A stretch of DNA of 64,000 nucleotides, from the NCBI GenBank assembly GCA_963848295.1, contig CAWKDB010000004.1, positions 160,001 to 224,000 of the forward strand. The letters are read 5' to 3'. Position numbers and translations under genes: made by a program. Positions 30,710-39,250 of this stretch are shown here, piece by piece. Below the pieces are notes generated by a model that saw only the letters and a program-made list of their open reading frames with translations, had not been told where the DNA came from and did no database searches. Source of the DNA: an uncultured delta proteobacterium. Lineage in GTDB: Bacteria > Myxococcota_A > Polyangia > Haliangiales > Haliangiaceae. Each line of letters opens with the position of its first letter. Within the stretch, counting starts at the first letter, position 1.

Positions 30710-31348
30710 ATGGCATCCGCCGACGACCTACTCGCTGAGGCTGCCGAGATCAATGCGAGCGATCCTGATCGAGCGCTAGCGCTTCGCCGTCAAGTCGCGG
30801 CTGGGAATCCCAGTATCGCCTGGTCGAAAGCGCACATGGATCTTGCGTCGAAAGACTTCGACAACGGTGATTATGCCGGTGTGATCGCGCACGCGAAAGC
30901 GGTCCTTAGTGCTCCTGCTTCGGCCGTAGATCCGGGCGCGCAGGCCGTTGCTGGGGTGATGTTGTGTGGCGAGCTTTCGAGCGGAGGCCAGGCGGTCGAC
31001 GAGGCGCTACTCGCAGCAAGCACGACAGCTGCTGAAGCTAACAATCTTCCTTATTACGCGGGGCTTGGATTCAATCACATCGCGCGACTCCATCTCGCCC
31101 GTGGCGAACGCGACGACGCGCGTTCTGCGTTGGAACGCGCTGCCGATTTGTTCGAACGCGCGCGATCGCTGAGTGCGGCAAGTGTGTTGTTGCGGCTCGC
31201 GGAGCTCGATCTCGAGGACAGCAACCGGGAAGACGCGCGCAGCCACCTCGACCGTGGTCTCGCATGGCTGTCGTCGTTTCCGGTTAGCGGCAAGAGCCTC
31301 CGGTTACTGCGCGACAAACTTCAGAAGCTGAGCGCACAGGTTCCGTAG
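30710..31348 (+). CDS. Helical-repeat (TPR-like) protein, putative immunity protein
   Basis: Starts 2 nt after the toxin stop; no signal peptide; visibly more A/T-ending codons than flanking genes; TPR-like helices (ARSALERAADLF, ARSHLDRGL). Confidence 0.6.
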   Translation: MASADDLLAEAAEINASDPDRALALRRQVAAGNPSIAWSKAHMDLASKDFDNGDYAGVIAHAKAVLSAPASAVDPGAQAVAGVMLCGELSSGGQAVDEALLAASTTAAEANNLPYYAGLGFNHIARLHLARGERDDARSALERAADLFERARSLSAASVLLRLAELDLEDSNREDARSHLDRGLAWLSSFPVSGKSLRLLRDKLQKLSAQVP

Positions 31349-31446
31349 ATGTTCGCGCTCACGGGCGCCAACGGTAAGAGCTTCGAGGTCGTCGCCGCGA
31401 CCGGATCGATCGGCCGTCGCGACCCGCGGATGGTATCGCGCTCGGT

Positions 31447-31694
31447 TCACCGTCCAGCGTCGCATAGCTCTGTACGCAGCTCTCCGTGCGCATCGTCGGC
31501 GTCGATCAACTCGACGCGGTTATCGGTGACGTCTTTCATGTGCCGCTCGATTTGCTTCGACCACTCGCGCTCCCATTCCGGATCGAGCGATTCATCGACG
31601 AGGCTCTCGTAGAGCTCGTTGGCCAGCTCTTGCCGCTCCTCAGGAGGAGCGTCAACTCTTCGCGCCGAAGCTCGGGCCCGATCGGCATCATCAT
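31447..31694 (-). pseudogene. Addiction-module antitoxin-like gene (TIGR02574-type), frameshifted
   Basis: ATG ATG ATG CCG... then, after a 1-nt shift near 31648, PPEERQELANELYESLVDESLDPEWEREWSKQIERHMKDVTDNRVELID...GR*; not in the ORF track. Confidence 0.65.
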
Positions 31695-31843
31695 CAGAGT
31701 ACCCGATACCAGAGCCAGGCGATGCAGACGTACTCAGCGCGTCCGCGCGCGGACCGCGTCGACAGCCGCGACGGAAGTGATGCGGCGAGGGCCACTTGTG
31801 CCTTGCCCGGCGCGCGCAGCGCGGCTAGGGTCGCCAATCGCAC

Positions 31844-34631
31844 ATGACCGACGCCGCTCCCGCCCCCGTCTCGTTCGATCCGGTGCCCGCGCTCGTCCGC
31901 GAGCTCGGCTTGCCCGCGCACGGCGTGGCCGCGGTGGTGGCGATGCTGGACGAGGGCAACACGGTCCCGTTCATCGCGCGCTATCGCAAGGAGCGTACCG
32001 GCGGGCTCGACGAGGTCCAGATCCGGGCGATCGAGGATCAGCGCGCGTACGTCGTGGAGCTCGAGCAGCGCCGCGCCGCGATCCTCGCGTCGGTCACCGA
32101 GCAGGGCAAGCTCACGCCCGAGCTCGAGGCGAAGTTGCGCGCGGCCGGCGCGAAGTCCGAGCTCGAGGACCTGTACGCGCCGTATCGGCCGCGGCGCAAG
32201 ACTCGCGCCTCGGTCGCGCGCGATCGCGGGCTGCGAGCCGCTCGCCGACAAGATCCTCGCGCAGGCGGGCGACGGCGATCCGGCCGCCGAGGCCGGCGCG
32301 TTCGTGGCCGAGGGCGTCGCGACCGCGGCCGACGCGCTCGCGGGTGCGCGCGACATCGTCGCCGAGACGATCGCCGACACCGCCGAGGTTCGCGCATTCG
32401 TCCGCGGCGAGCTCGCCGATCACGGCGAGCTGATCAGCGAGGTCGTGCCCGGTCAAGCGCCGACGAGCCGACGAAGTTCGAGCAGTACTATCACCACCGC
32501 GAGCCGGTGAAGCAGATCCCATCGCACCGGTTCCTCGCGATCCGCCGCGGCGAGGCGGAAGGGGTGCTGCGCGCGCACGATCGCGGTCGACACTGCGAAG
32601 GTCGAAGCGGGCATCTGGCGGCTCGCAACGCGCGGCGCGGCCAGCAGCGAATCGCCTTGGGCCGCCGAGCTCAAGCAAGCCGTCGTCGATTCGTTCAAGC
32701 GCTTGCTCGCGCCGAGCGTCGAGAACGACGTGCGCGCCGAGCTCAAGACGCGCTCGGATATCGCCGCGGTCGACATCTTCGCCGGAAATTTGAAGAACCT
32801 CATGCTCGCCGCGCCGCTCGGGCCCAAGGCCGTGCTCGGCGTCGATCCGGGCGTGCGCACCGGCTGCAAGTGCGCGGCGATCGACGCGACCGGCAAGTTC
32901 ACCGGCACGGTGACCGTGTACATCTCACAAGGTGACGCCGAGCTCGCGAAGGCGAAGGACGCGTTACTCGCGGTCGTCCGCGAGCACGCGCCGCAGGCGA
33001 TCGCGGTCGGCAACGGCACCGGCGGGCGCGAGGCGGAGAGCTTCGTCAAGAAGGCGCTCGCCGAGGCGGGCCTGCGCGAAGGGCCCGACGCGCCGTTCGT
33101 CGTCCAGGTCAACGAAGCGGGTGCGAGCGTGTACTCGGCGAGCGACCTCGCCCGCGAAGAGTTCCCCGAATTGGATCTCACGATCCGCGGCGCGATCTCG
33201 ATCGCGCGCCGGCTCCAAGATCCGCTCGCCGAGCTCGTCAAGATCGAGCCGAAATCGATCGGCGTCGGCCAGTATCAACACGACGTCCACCAACCGTTGC
33301 TCGTCAAGCGCCTCGGCGACGTCGTCGAGAGCTGCGTCAATCACGTCGGCGTCGAGCTCAACACCGCGAGCGCGATGTTACTCGGTTACGTCGCGGGCAT
33401 CGGTAAGGCGCTCGCGAAGAAGATCGTCGTCCATCGCGATACCCACGGGGCGTTCGCGACTCGCGCGCAGCTGCTCGACGTCGCCGGCCTCGGGCCGAAG
33501 GCCTTCGAGCAGGCCGCCGGGTTCTTGCGCATTCACGGCGCGCCCAATCCGCTCGACGGCTCCGCGGTCCACCCCGAGCGCTACGAGCTGGTCGAGCAGA
33601 TCGCCAAGGACGCCGGCGTCGCCGTGCCCGAGCTGATCGGCAACCACGAGCTCGTCGACAAGATCGATTTCTCGAAGTACGTCACCGCCGACATCGGCGA
33701 GCCGACGCTGCGCGACATCGCCGCGGAGCTCGGTCGCCCGGGCCGCGACCCGCGCGCCGAGTTCTCGCCGCCGAAGTTCCGCGACGACGTCACGACGATG
33801 GAGGATCTCAAGCAGGGGATGGTGCTCGAGGGTGTGGTCACGAACGTCACGGCGTTCGGCGCGTTCGTCGACATCGGGGTCCACAACGACGGCTTGGTCC
33901 ACGTCTCTCAGCTCGCCGCGCAGTTCGTCAAGGATCCGGGCGAGGTCGTCAAGGTCGGCCAGAAGTTGACCGTGCGCGTGCTCGAGATCGATCACCAACG
34001 CAAGCGCATCGCACTGTCGGCCAAGCCACCGGCCCCGAAGCGCGAGCGCGAGCCGCGCGCCGAAGGTCAGCCACACCAGGGTCCGCGCAACGAGGGTACC
34101 CAGGGTCGTCGCGGTGGCGGTGGTGGCGGTCGTGGTCCGCGGCGCGACGAGGCACACGGTCAGGATCTGCACCCGATCGGTCCGCCACGCGAGCACCCGC
34201 CGCAGCAACAACGCGCGCCGCGTCGCGACGAAGGTCCGCAGCAACCCCGCGGCCCGCGCCCGCAGCACGTCGGCAATGGCAACGGCAACGGCGGTGGTGA
34301 CGACGGCGCGGGCTTTCCCCGCGCCGGCAGTGCCGCCGAAGGACGGCGCGCGGACAACGACGGTCCGCGCCGCGACTATCGCGACCGCGGAGGCAATAAC
34401 AACGGTCCGCGCCGCGACGACAATCGCGCTCCGCAGCACGCGCGCAGCGACGGTCCGCGCAACGACGGTCCGCGCAATGACGGTCCGCCGCGCGACGACC
34501 GCGGTCCGCGGCGCGGTAGTGACGACAATCGCGCGCCGCAGCGGCCGCCCGAAGACGAGACCAAGTGGGGCGTCGCGGGCTTCAAGAACAGTCCGTTCGC
34601 GAAGCTCAAAGGCGACGGGCCCAAGCGTTGA
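31844..34631 (+). CDS. tex: Tex/YhgF RNA-binding protein with S1 domain and long low-complexity tail (3 apparent frameshifts)
   Basis: GNTVPFIARYRKE, EDLYAPY, SHRFLAIRRGE, GVDPGVRTGCK, GVGQYQHDV, S1 (NVTAFGAFVDIGV); shifts near 32233, 32455 and 32577. Confidence 0.92.
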
Positions 34632-35317
34632 CCGCGCACCTGCTCGATCTCGAGCTGATCATTCGCATCGCGGTCGGCACGTTGCTCGGCGCGGTGATCG
34701 GCTACGAACGCGACATCCACGGCCGACCCGCCGGGTTGCGCACGCACGCGCTGGTCGCGCTCGCGGCCTCGACGTTCATGGTCGTGTCGACGCACATGGT
34801 GTTCTTTCAGAACTACCACGACGGCGATCACGTCGAGATCGATGCGTCGCGCATCGCCGCATCGGTCGTGTCCGGCATCGGCTTTCTCGCCGGCGGTGCG
34901 ATCTTGCGCACCGGCCTGACGATCCAAGGCCTGACGACCGCGGCCGGCTTGTGGCTCGTCGCCGCGATCGGCTTGTGCTCGGGCAGCGGCATGTATATCG
35001 AGAGCGTCGCCGTGACCGCGTTCGGCATCGCGGCGCTGACGGTGCTGCGCCGGTTCGAAGACAAGGACGACCGCGTGCGGCGCAAGCTCACGCTCGTGCT
35101 CACCGAATCGGCGGCCGCAACGCAGACGCTCGTCGACAAGCTCGTCGCCGCGGATCTGTTCGCTGCGGTCGAAGGCTGGGACAACGACATCCACGGAGCG
35201 CGGCGCCAGCTCACGCTCTCGGTCCGTTTGCCCCGCGAGAGCGGCGAGCGCACGCTGCTCGAGCTCCTCGAGGCCGAGCCCGGTATCGCGCGCGTCCAAC
35301 TCGATCCGGCGAGTTGA
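34628..35317 (+). CDS. MgtC/SapB family membrane protein
   Basis: IGYER, AGLRTHALV, SRIAASVVSGIGFLAGG, GLTTAAGLW; TTGA overlap with tex. Confidence 0.92.
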   Translation: MTAHLLDLELIIRIAVGTLLGAVIGYERDIHGRPAGLRTHALVALAASTFMVVSTHMVFFQNYHDGDHVEIDASRIAASVVSGIGFLAGGAILRTGLTIQGLTTAAGLWLVAAIGLCSGSGMYIESVAVTAFGIAALTVLRRFEDKDDRVRRKLTLVLTESAAATQTLVDKLVAADLFAAVEGWDNDIHGARRQLTLSVRLPRESGERTLLELLEAEPGIARVQLDPAS

Positions 35318-35345
35318 TCGCGGTCAGCCACCGGCCTACGCTGGC

Positions 35346-37271
35346 GTGATGCGGAGGGGCGTACTCGTCGTCGCGGTGGTCGCGGCATGCGGCAGCAAAC
35401 GCGCGCCAGCTGACGCGGGCAGGCCGACCGCGACGCGCGATGCGGCGGTCGTCGCGCGCGATTCGGCCACGCCGCCTGATGCCGCCGCCGCGGCGACGCG
35501 CGTCGAGCATGCGGTGTGGGACGCGGTCGACAATCGCCACACCGCGCACAGGTTCGTCCATGGCGAGCTCGTGATCGATGGCGCCGACATCGGCTTTTCG
35601 CGCTACACGCGATTCGGCGTGCCGGTCGCGCGCTGGCATCTCGGCCAGACCGTCGCGGGCGAGCGCGCGGCCATCGCGGATCGCCTCGCGTCACTCGAGG
35701 TCCCGCTCGGCGGCGACGCTGCCGCGGCGGCGACCTTGCTCACCGCCCGGATCCACGCCGAAGCCAAGCAGGCGGTCGCGCTCAAGATCAATGGTCGCCG
35801 CGGCGGCCGGCTCGCGAAAGCCGCGCTCGAGCCCGGCTGGCAGACGGTCGCGTTGTCGTTCGATCGCGGTCGGCTCGCCGCGGGAGAGAATCAGCTCGTG
35901 TTCGAGGCCTCGGGCGGCGGCAAGTCACCGATCGCGATCAGCTGGCTGCGGATCGGTGCACTACCGTCCGCTGCCGACGACGATCCGCGGACCGCCGCCG
36001 CGTTCGATGCGAAAGCCGACGCGATCGACCTCGCGAGCGACGCCGGGCTCGCCTGGTACATCACCGTTCCCGATGGCGCGAACTTGCTCGGCGACGTCGA
36101 GGGCCCGGCATGCCGGATCGAAGTGGCCGCGCGGGCGAGCGACGAGAGCTTCGCGGGCGGCCTGCTCGGCGGTGGCACGAACCGCATCGATCTGTCGTCG
36201 CTCGCCGGCAAGGTCGTGCGGCTCGCGCTCACCGCGCACGACTGTCCGCGTGCGCGCATCGCCCACCTCGCGATCACGGTGCACGCGCCGGCCCCGATCG
36301 CGGCGGCTGCGGCCGATCCGCCGCGGTTCGTGATCCTGTGGATCGTCGACGACCTGCGCGCCGATCGGCTCGCGGCGGTCGCGCCGCCGAATTGGGCCGA
36401 GCTCGAGCGCGCGAGCACCGAGTTCCGTCAGTTCTACGTCGAAGGCAACGAGGCGCGACTGTCGACCGCGCTCGCCGCTGCGGGCTATCTCACGATCGGC
36501 GTGACCGGTTCCGTGGACACGGCGCTCGCTCAGCTCGACAAGCATCGCGACAAGCCCGCGTACCTCGCGCTCGCCACCGCCGCGCCGCCGCTGGCGTGCT
36601 CGCCCGGCGGCGACGCCGAAAAACTCCGCGCGAGCTACGACGCGAGCATCGTCGCGACCGATCGCGAGCTCGGCCGGCTCGTCGCTCAGCTCAAGTCGTG
36701 GGCGATCTGGGACCAGACGATGTTGATCGTGACGTCGAACCACGGCGTCGACCTGCTCGAGGACGGCCGCTGCGGTCACGACGACCCGGCGCTGCCCGAA
36801 GCGATCGTTCACGTTCCGCTCGTCATCCACGATCCGCCGCGGTTTCCCGCCGGTGTCTCGGTCGACGAGGGCGTCGAGGGCGTCGATCTGTTGCCGACCA
36901 TGCTCGCCGCGATCGGCAAGCCGCCCCTCGCCGGCGCGCAAGGTGAGGCGCTCGAGCTCCTCGCCGAGGGCGTCGGGCGAGGGTGGGTCCGCCCGGCGTA
37001 CGCGTCGCTCGCGGGCGGTCACACGATGCGGATCGGCCGGTGGAAGATCGTCGTCGACAAGAGCGGCGTCGCGTCGATCGCCGATGTCGTCGCCCATCCG
37101 GACGAAGCGGTCGATGCCGCCGCGACGAACCCGATCGAGCTGCGCATGCTGACCGATGCGCTCGGCCTGTTCCTCGCGCAGCGCGCGCAATGGACGAAGC
37201 CGGCGTGGGGCGTCGTCACCGCGATGACCGCGACCGGTGCGGCGGCGCTCGACACCGCTTCGACCCGGTAG
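35346..37271 (+). CDS. Lipoprotein with a degenerate sulfatase/alkaline-phosphatase-like C-terminal domain
   Basis: Lipobox VAAC; IVDDLRAD, YDASI...D, IVTSNHG, HVPLVI, VDLLPT; no CxPxR motif. Confidence 0.75.
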   Translation: MMRRGVLVVAVVAACGSKRAPADAGRPTATRDAAVVARDSATPPDAAAAATRVEHAVWDAVDNRHTAHRFVHGELVIDGADIGFSRYTRFGVPVARWHLGQTVAGERAAIADRLASLEVPLGGDAAAAATLLTARIHAEAKQAVALKINGRRGGRLAKAALEPGWQTVALSFDRGRLAAGENQLVFEASGGGKSPIAISWLRIGALPSAADDDPRTAAAFDAKADAIDLASDAGLAWYITVPDGANLLGDVEGPACRIEVAARASDESFAGGLLGGGTNRIDLSSLAGKVVRLALTAHDCPRARIAHLAITVHAPAPIAAAAADPPRFVILWIVDDLRADRLAAVAPPNWAELERASTEFRQFYVEGNEARLSTALAAAGYLTIGVTGSVDTALAQLDKHRDKPAYLALATAAPPLACSPGGDAEKLRASYDASIVATDRELGRLVAQLKSWAIWDQTMLIVTSNHGVDLLEDGRCGHDDPALPEAIVHVPLVIHDPPRFPAGVSVDEGVEGVDLLPTMLAAIGKPPLAGAQGEALELLAEGVGRGWVRPAYASLAGGHTMRIGRWKIVVDKSGVASIADVVAHPDEAVDAAATNPIELRMLTDALGLFLAQRAQWTKPAWGVVTAMTATGAAALDTASTR

Positions 37272-37898
37272 CTAACCCTCGAGCGTGACGAACCCGTGCT
37301 TGACCGCGAAGCGGGTAAGCTCCGAGTTGTTGCGCACACCGAGCTTCTTCAGCACGTGACCGCGATGCGTATCGACCGTCTTGATGCTGATCGCGAGCTT
37401 CTCGGCGATCTCGCGGTTCGTCATGCCGCGGGCGAGCAGCTCCATCACCTGAAGCTCGCGGGCGGTCAGGGAGGCCGCGGGGTTGACATCGGACGTGGCG
37501 AGCAAGGGCTCGATGCCGGGAGGAATGACCTGCTCGCCGCGACTGACCGCACGGATCGCCTCGAGCAGCTCTTTGGGCTCGACCGACTTGTTGAGATAGC
37601 CGTGCGCGCCTGCGCCGATCGCACGGGCGGCGTAGCTCGGCTCGGTGTGCCAGGTCAAAACGACGGTGAGCGGAGCGGTCGGGTTCTCGCGCATCTCGGC
37701 CAGCACGTCGAACCCCGAGCGATCCGGGAGGTTGATGTCGAGGACGAGCACGTCCGGGTTGACGCTCTGAACGATCGCGAGGGTTTCAGCCGCGGTGCCG
37801 GCTTCACCGACGACCTCGATGTCGCTCGCCTTGCTGAGCGCCTCTCGCAGCGCCCAACGCACGATGGTGTGATCTTCAGCGAGTACAAGCCTGATCAT
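37272..37898 (-). CDS. NarL/LuxR-family response regulator
   Basis: AEDH, LDINLP receiver; LTARELQV...TNREIA...SIKTVDTHR HTH. Confidence 0.95.
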   Translation of the reverse strand: MIRLVLAEDHTIVRWALREALSKASDIEVVGEAGTAAETLAIVQSVNPDVLVLDINLPDRSGFDVLAEMRENPTAPLTVVLTWHTEPSYAARAIGAGAHGYLNKSVEPKELLEAIRAVSRGEQVIPPGIEPLLATSDVNPAASLTARELQVMELLARGMTNREIAEKLAISIKTVDTHRGHVLKKLGVRNNSELTRFAVKHGFVTLEG

Positions 37899-37928
37899 GA
37901 ACCCCTACCTACTTCACGAAACGAACAT

Positions 37929-37944
37929 AGCAATTCATGCGCCC
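37929..37944 (-). promoter_or_regulatory. Putative sigma-54 promoter of the response regulator
   Basis: Minus strand GGGCGCA-TGAA-TTGCT has exact GG-N10-GC spacing, about 30 nt upstream of the ATG. Confidence 0.45.
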
Positions 37945-38000
37945 AAAGCCAAAGTCCCACCGGGATATCGTCGGGGTTCGGTTCGGGTAGAGTGGCCGCG

Positions 38001-38171
38001 ATGTCATCACCGTTGGTCGTCGGAATCGCTGGCGGAACCGGCTCCGGCAAGCCCACCGTGGCGCGCAGGCTCGCTGCGGCGATGCCGGCCGGGCGACGTG
38101 CCACGATCGAGCCCGCGCGCCACCTGCTCGACGTGTTGCTTGGCCGGCTCGGCCGGATCGCGTTCGAGTAG
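38001..38171 (+). pseudogene. udk: Internally deleted uridine kinase remnant
   Basis: MSSPLVVGIAGGTGSGKPTVAR (Walker A with T>P) joined after about 36 aa to a Udk-like C-terminal helix LDVLLGRL; only 56 aa. Confidence 0.6.
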
Positions 38172-38180
38172 GATCGCGCA

Positions 38181-39131
38181 GTGGACGTGTTTCGCGGATA
38201 TCGCGAGGTTCCCGGTGGGCCGGCCTGGCCTGGTGCCGCGGTCGCGATCGGCAACTTCGACGGGGTCCACCTCGGCCATCGTGCGCTGATCGATCGAGCG
38301 CGCGCGCTCGCGACCGGCGACACCCGCGCGGTCGTGCTGACGTTCGATCCGCATCCTTCGGCCGTGCTGTCGCCGAACGGCGCACCGGCGAAGCTGTGCT
38401 CGCTCGCGCGGCGGCTCGAGCTCATCGCCGCCGGTGGCGCCGACGCGGTCGTCGTCGAGCCGTTCACGAAGGAGCTCGCGGCGCTCGCACCCGACGCGTT
38501 CGTCGACGACATCGTGCTCGGGGCGTTGCGCGCGCGCGCGATCGTCGTCGGCTACGACTTCAACTACGGCGCCGGGCGAGCCGGCACGACCGAAGCGTTG
38601 CGGGCGCACGGTGCGCGCAGGGGCGTCGCGGTCGACGTCGTGGCTGCCGTTGCATCGCAAGGCGAGGTCGCGAGCTCGACGAAGATCCGCGGGTTGTTGC
38701 GCGCTGGTGACGTCGCGAGTGCAGCTCGACTGCTCGGACGTTGGTGGGATGTCGACGGCGTCGTCGTCCACGGCGCGAAGCGCGGGCGTGCGATCGGTGT
38801 CCCGACGGCGAACGTCCAGCCCGACGAGCCCCTGCACGTGTTGCCCGGCATCTATGCGGTGCTGCTCGAGGTCGATGGCCAGCGCCTGCCTGCGGTTGCC
38901 AGCCTCGGGACGAACCCGACGTTCGTCGACGCGGGCGCGCTCGTCCTCGAGGTCCACGTCCTCGACTGGGATGGCGATCTCTACGACCGGCGCGTGCGAA
39001 TCGCGTTCGTCGCGCGGCTGCGCGGCGAGGAGAAATTCACTTCGGTCGATGCGCTGATCGCGCAGATCCAGCGCGATATCGCCGACGCGCGCGGTCCGTT
39101 GCAGCGAGCTGTTACAACGCCGCGACCATGA
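38181..39131 (+). CDS. ribF: Bifunctional riboflavin kinase/FAD synthetase
   Basis: IGNFDGVHLGH, TFDPHP, SSTKIR, GVPTAN, GTNPTF, EVHVLD. Confidence 0.96.
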   Translation: MDVFRGYREVPGGPAWPGAAVAIGNFDGVHLGHRALIDRARALATGDTRAVVLTFDPHPSAVLSPNGAPAKLCSLARRLELIAAGGADAVVVEPFTKELAALAPDAFVDDIVLGALRARAIVVGYDFNYGAGRAGTTEALRAHGARRGVAVDVVAAVASQGEVASSTKIRGLLRAGDVASAARLLGRWWDVDGVVVHGAKRGRAIGVPTANVQPDEPLHVLPGIYAVLLEVDGQRLPAVASLGTNPTFVDAGALVLEVHVLDWDGDLYDRRVRIAFVARLRGEEKFTSVDALIAQIQRDIADARGPLQRAVTTPRP

Positions 39132-39250
39132 GGTGGCCGGGTATCGCGGCTGCCGCGCCGCGGTCTCTGCGCGGACGGCGGTTGTCATGTCGCGCTCGTT
39201 TGCGGTTCGACGGCGAACATGGGCTGATGCGGTCCCCAGGGGAGCACCAC

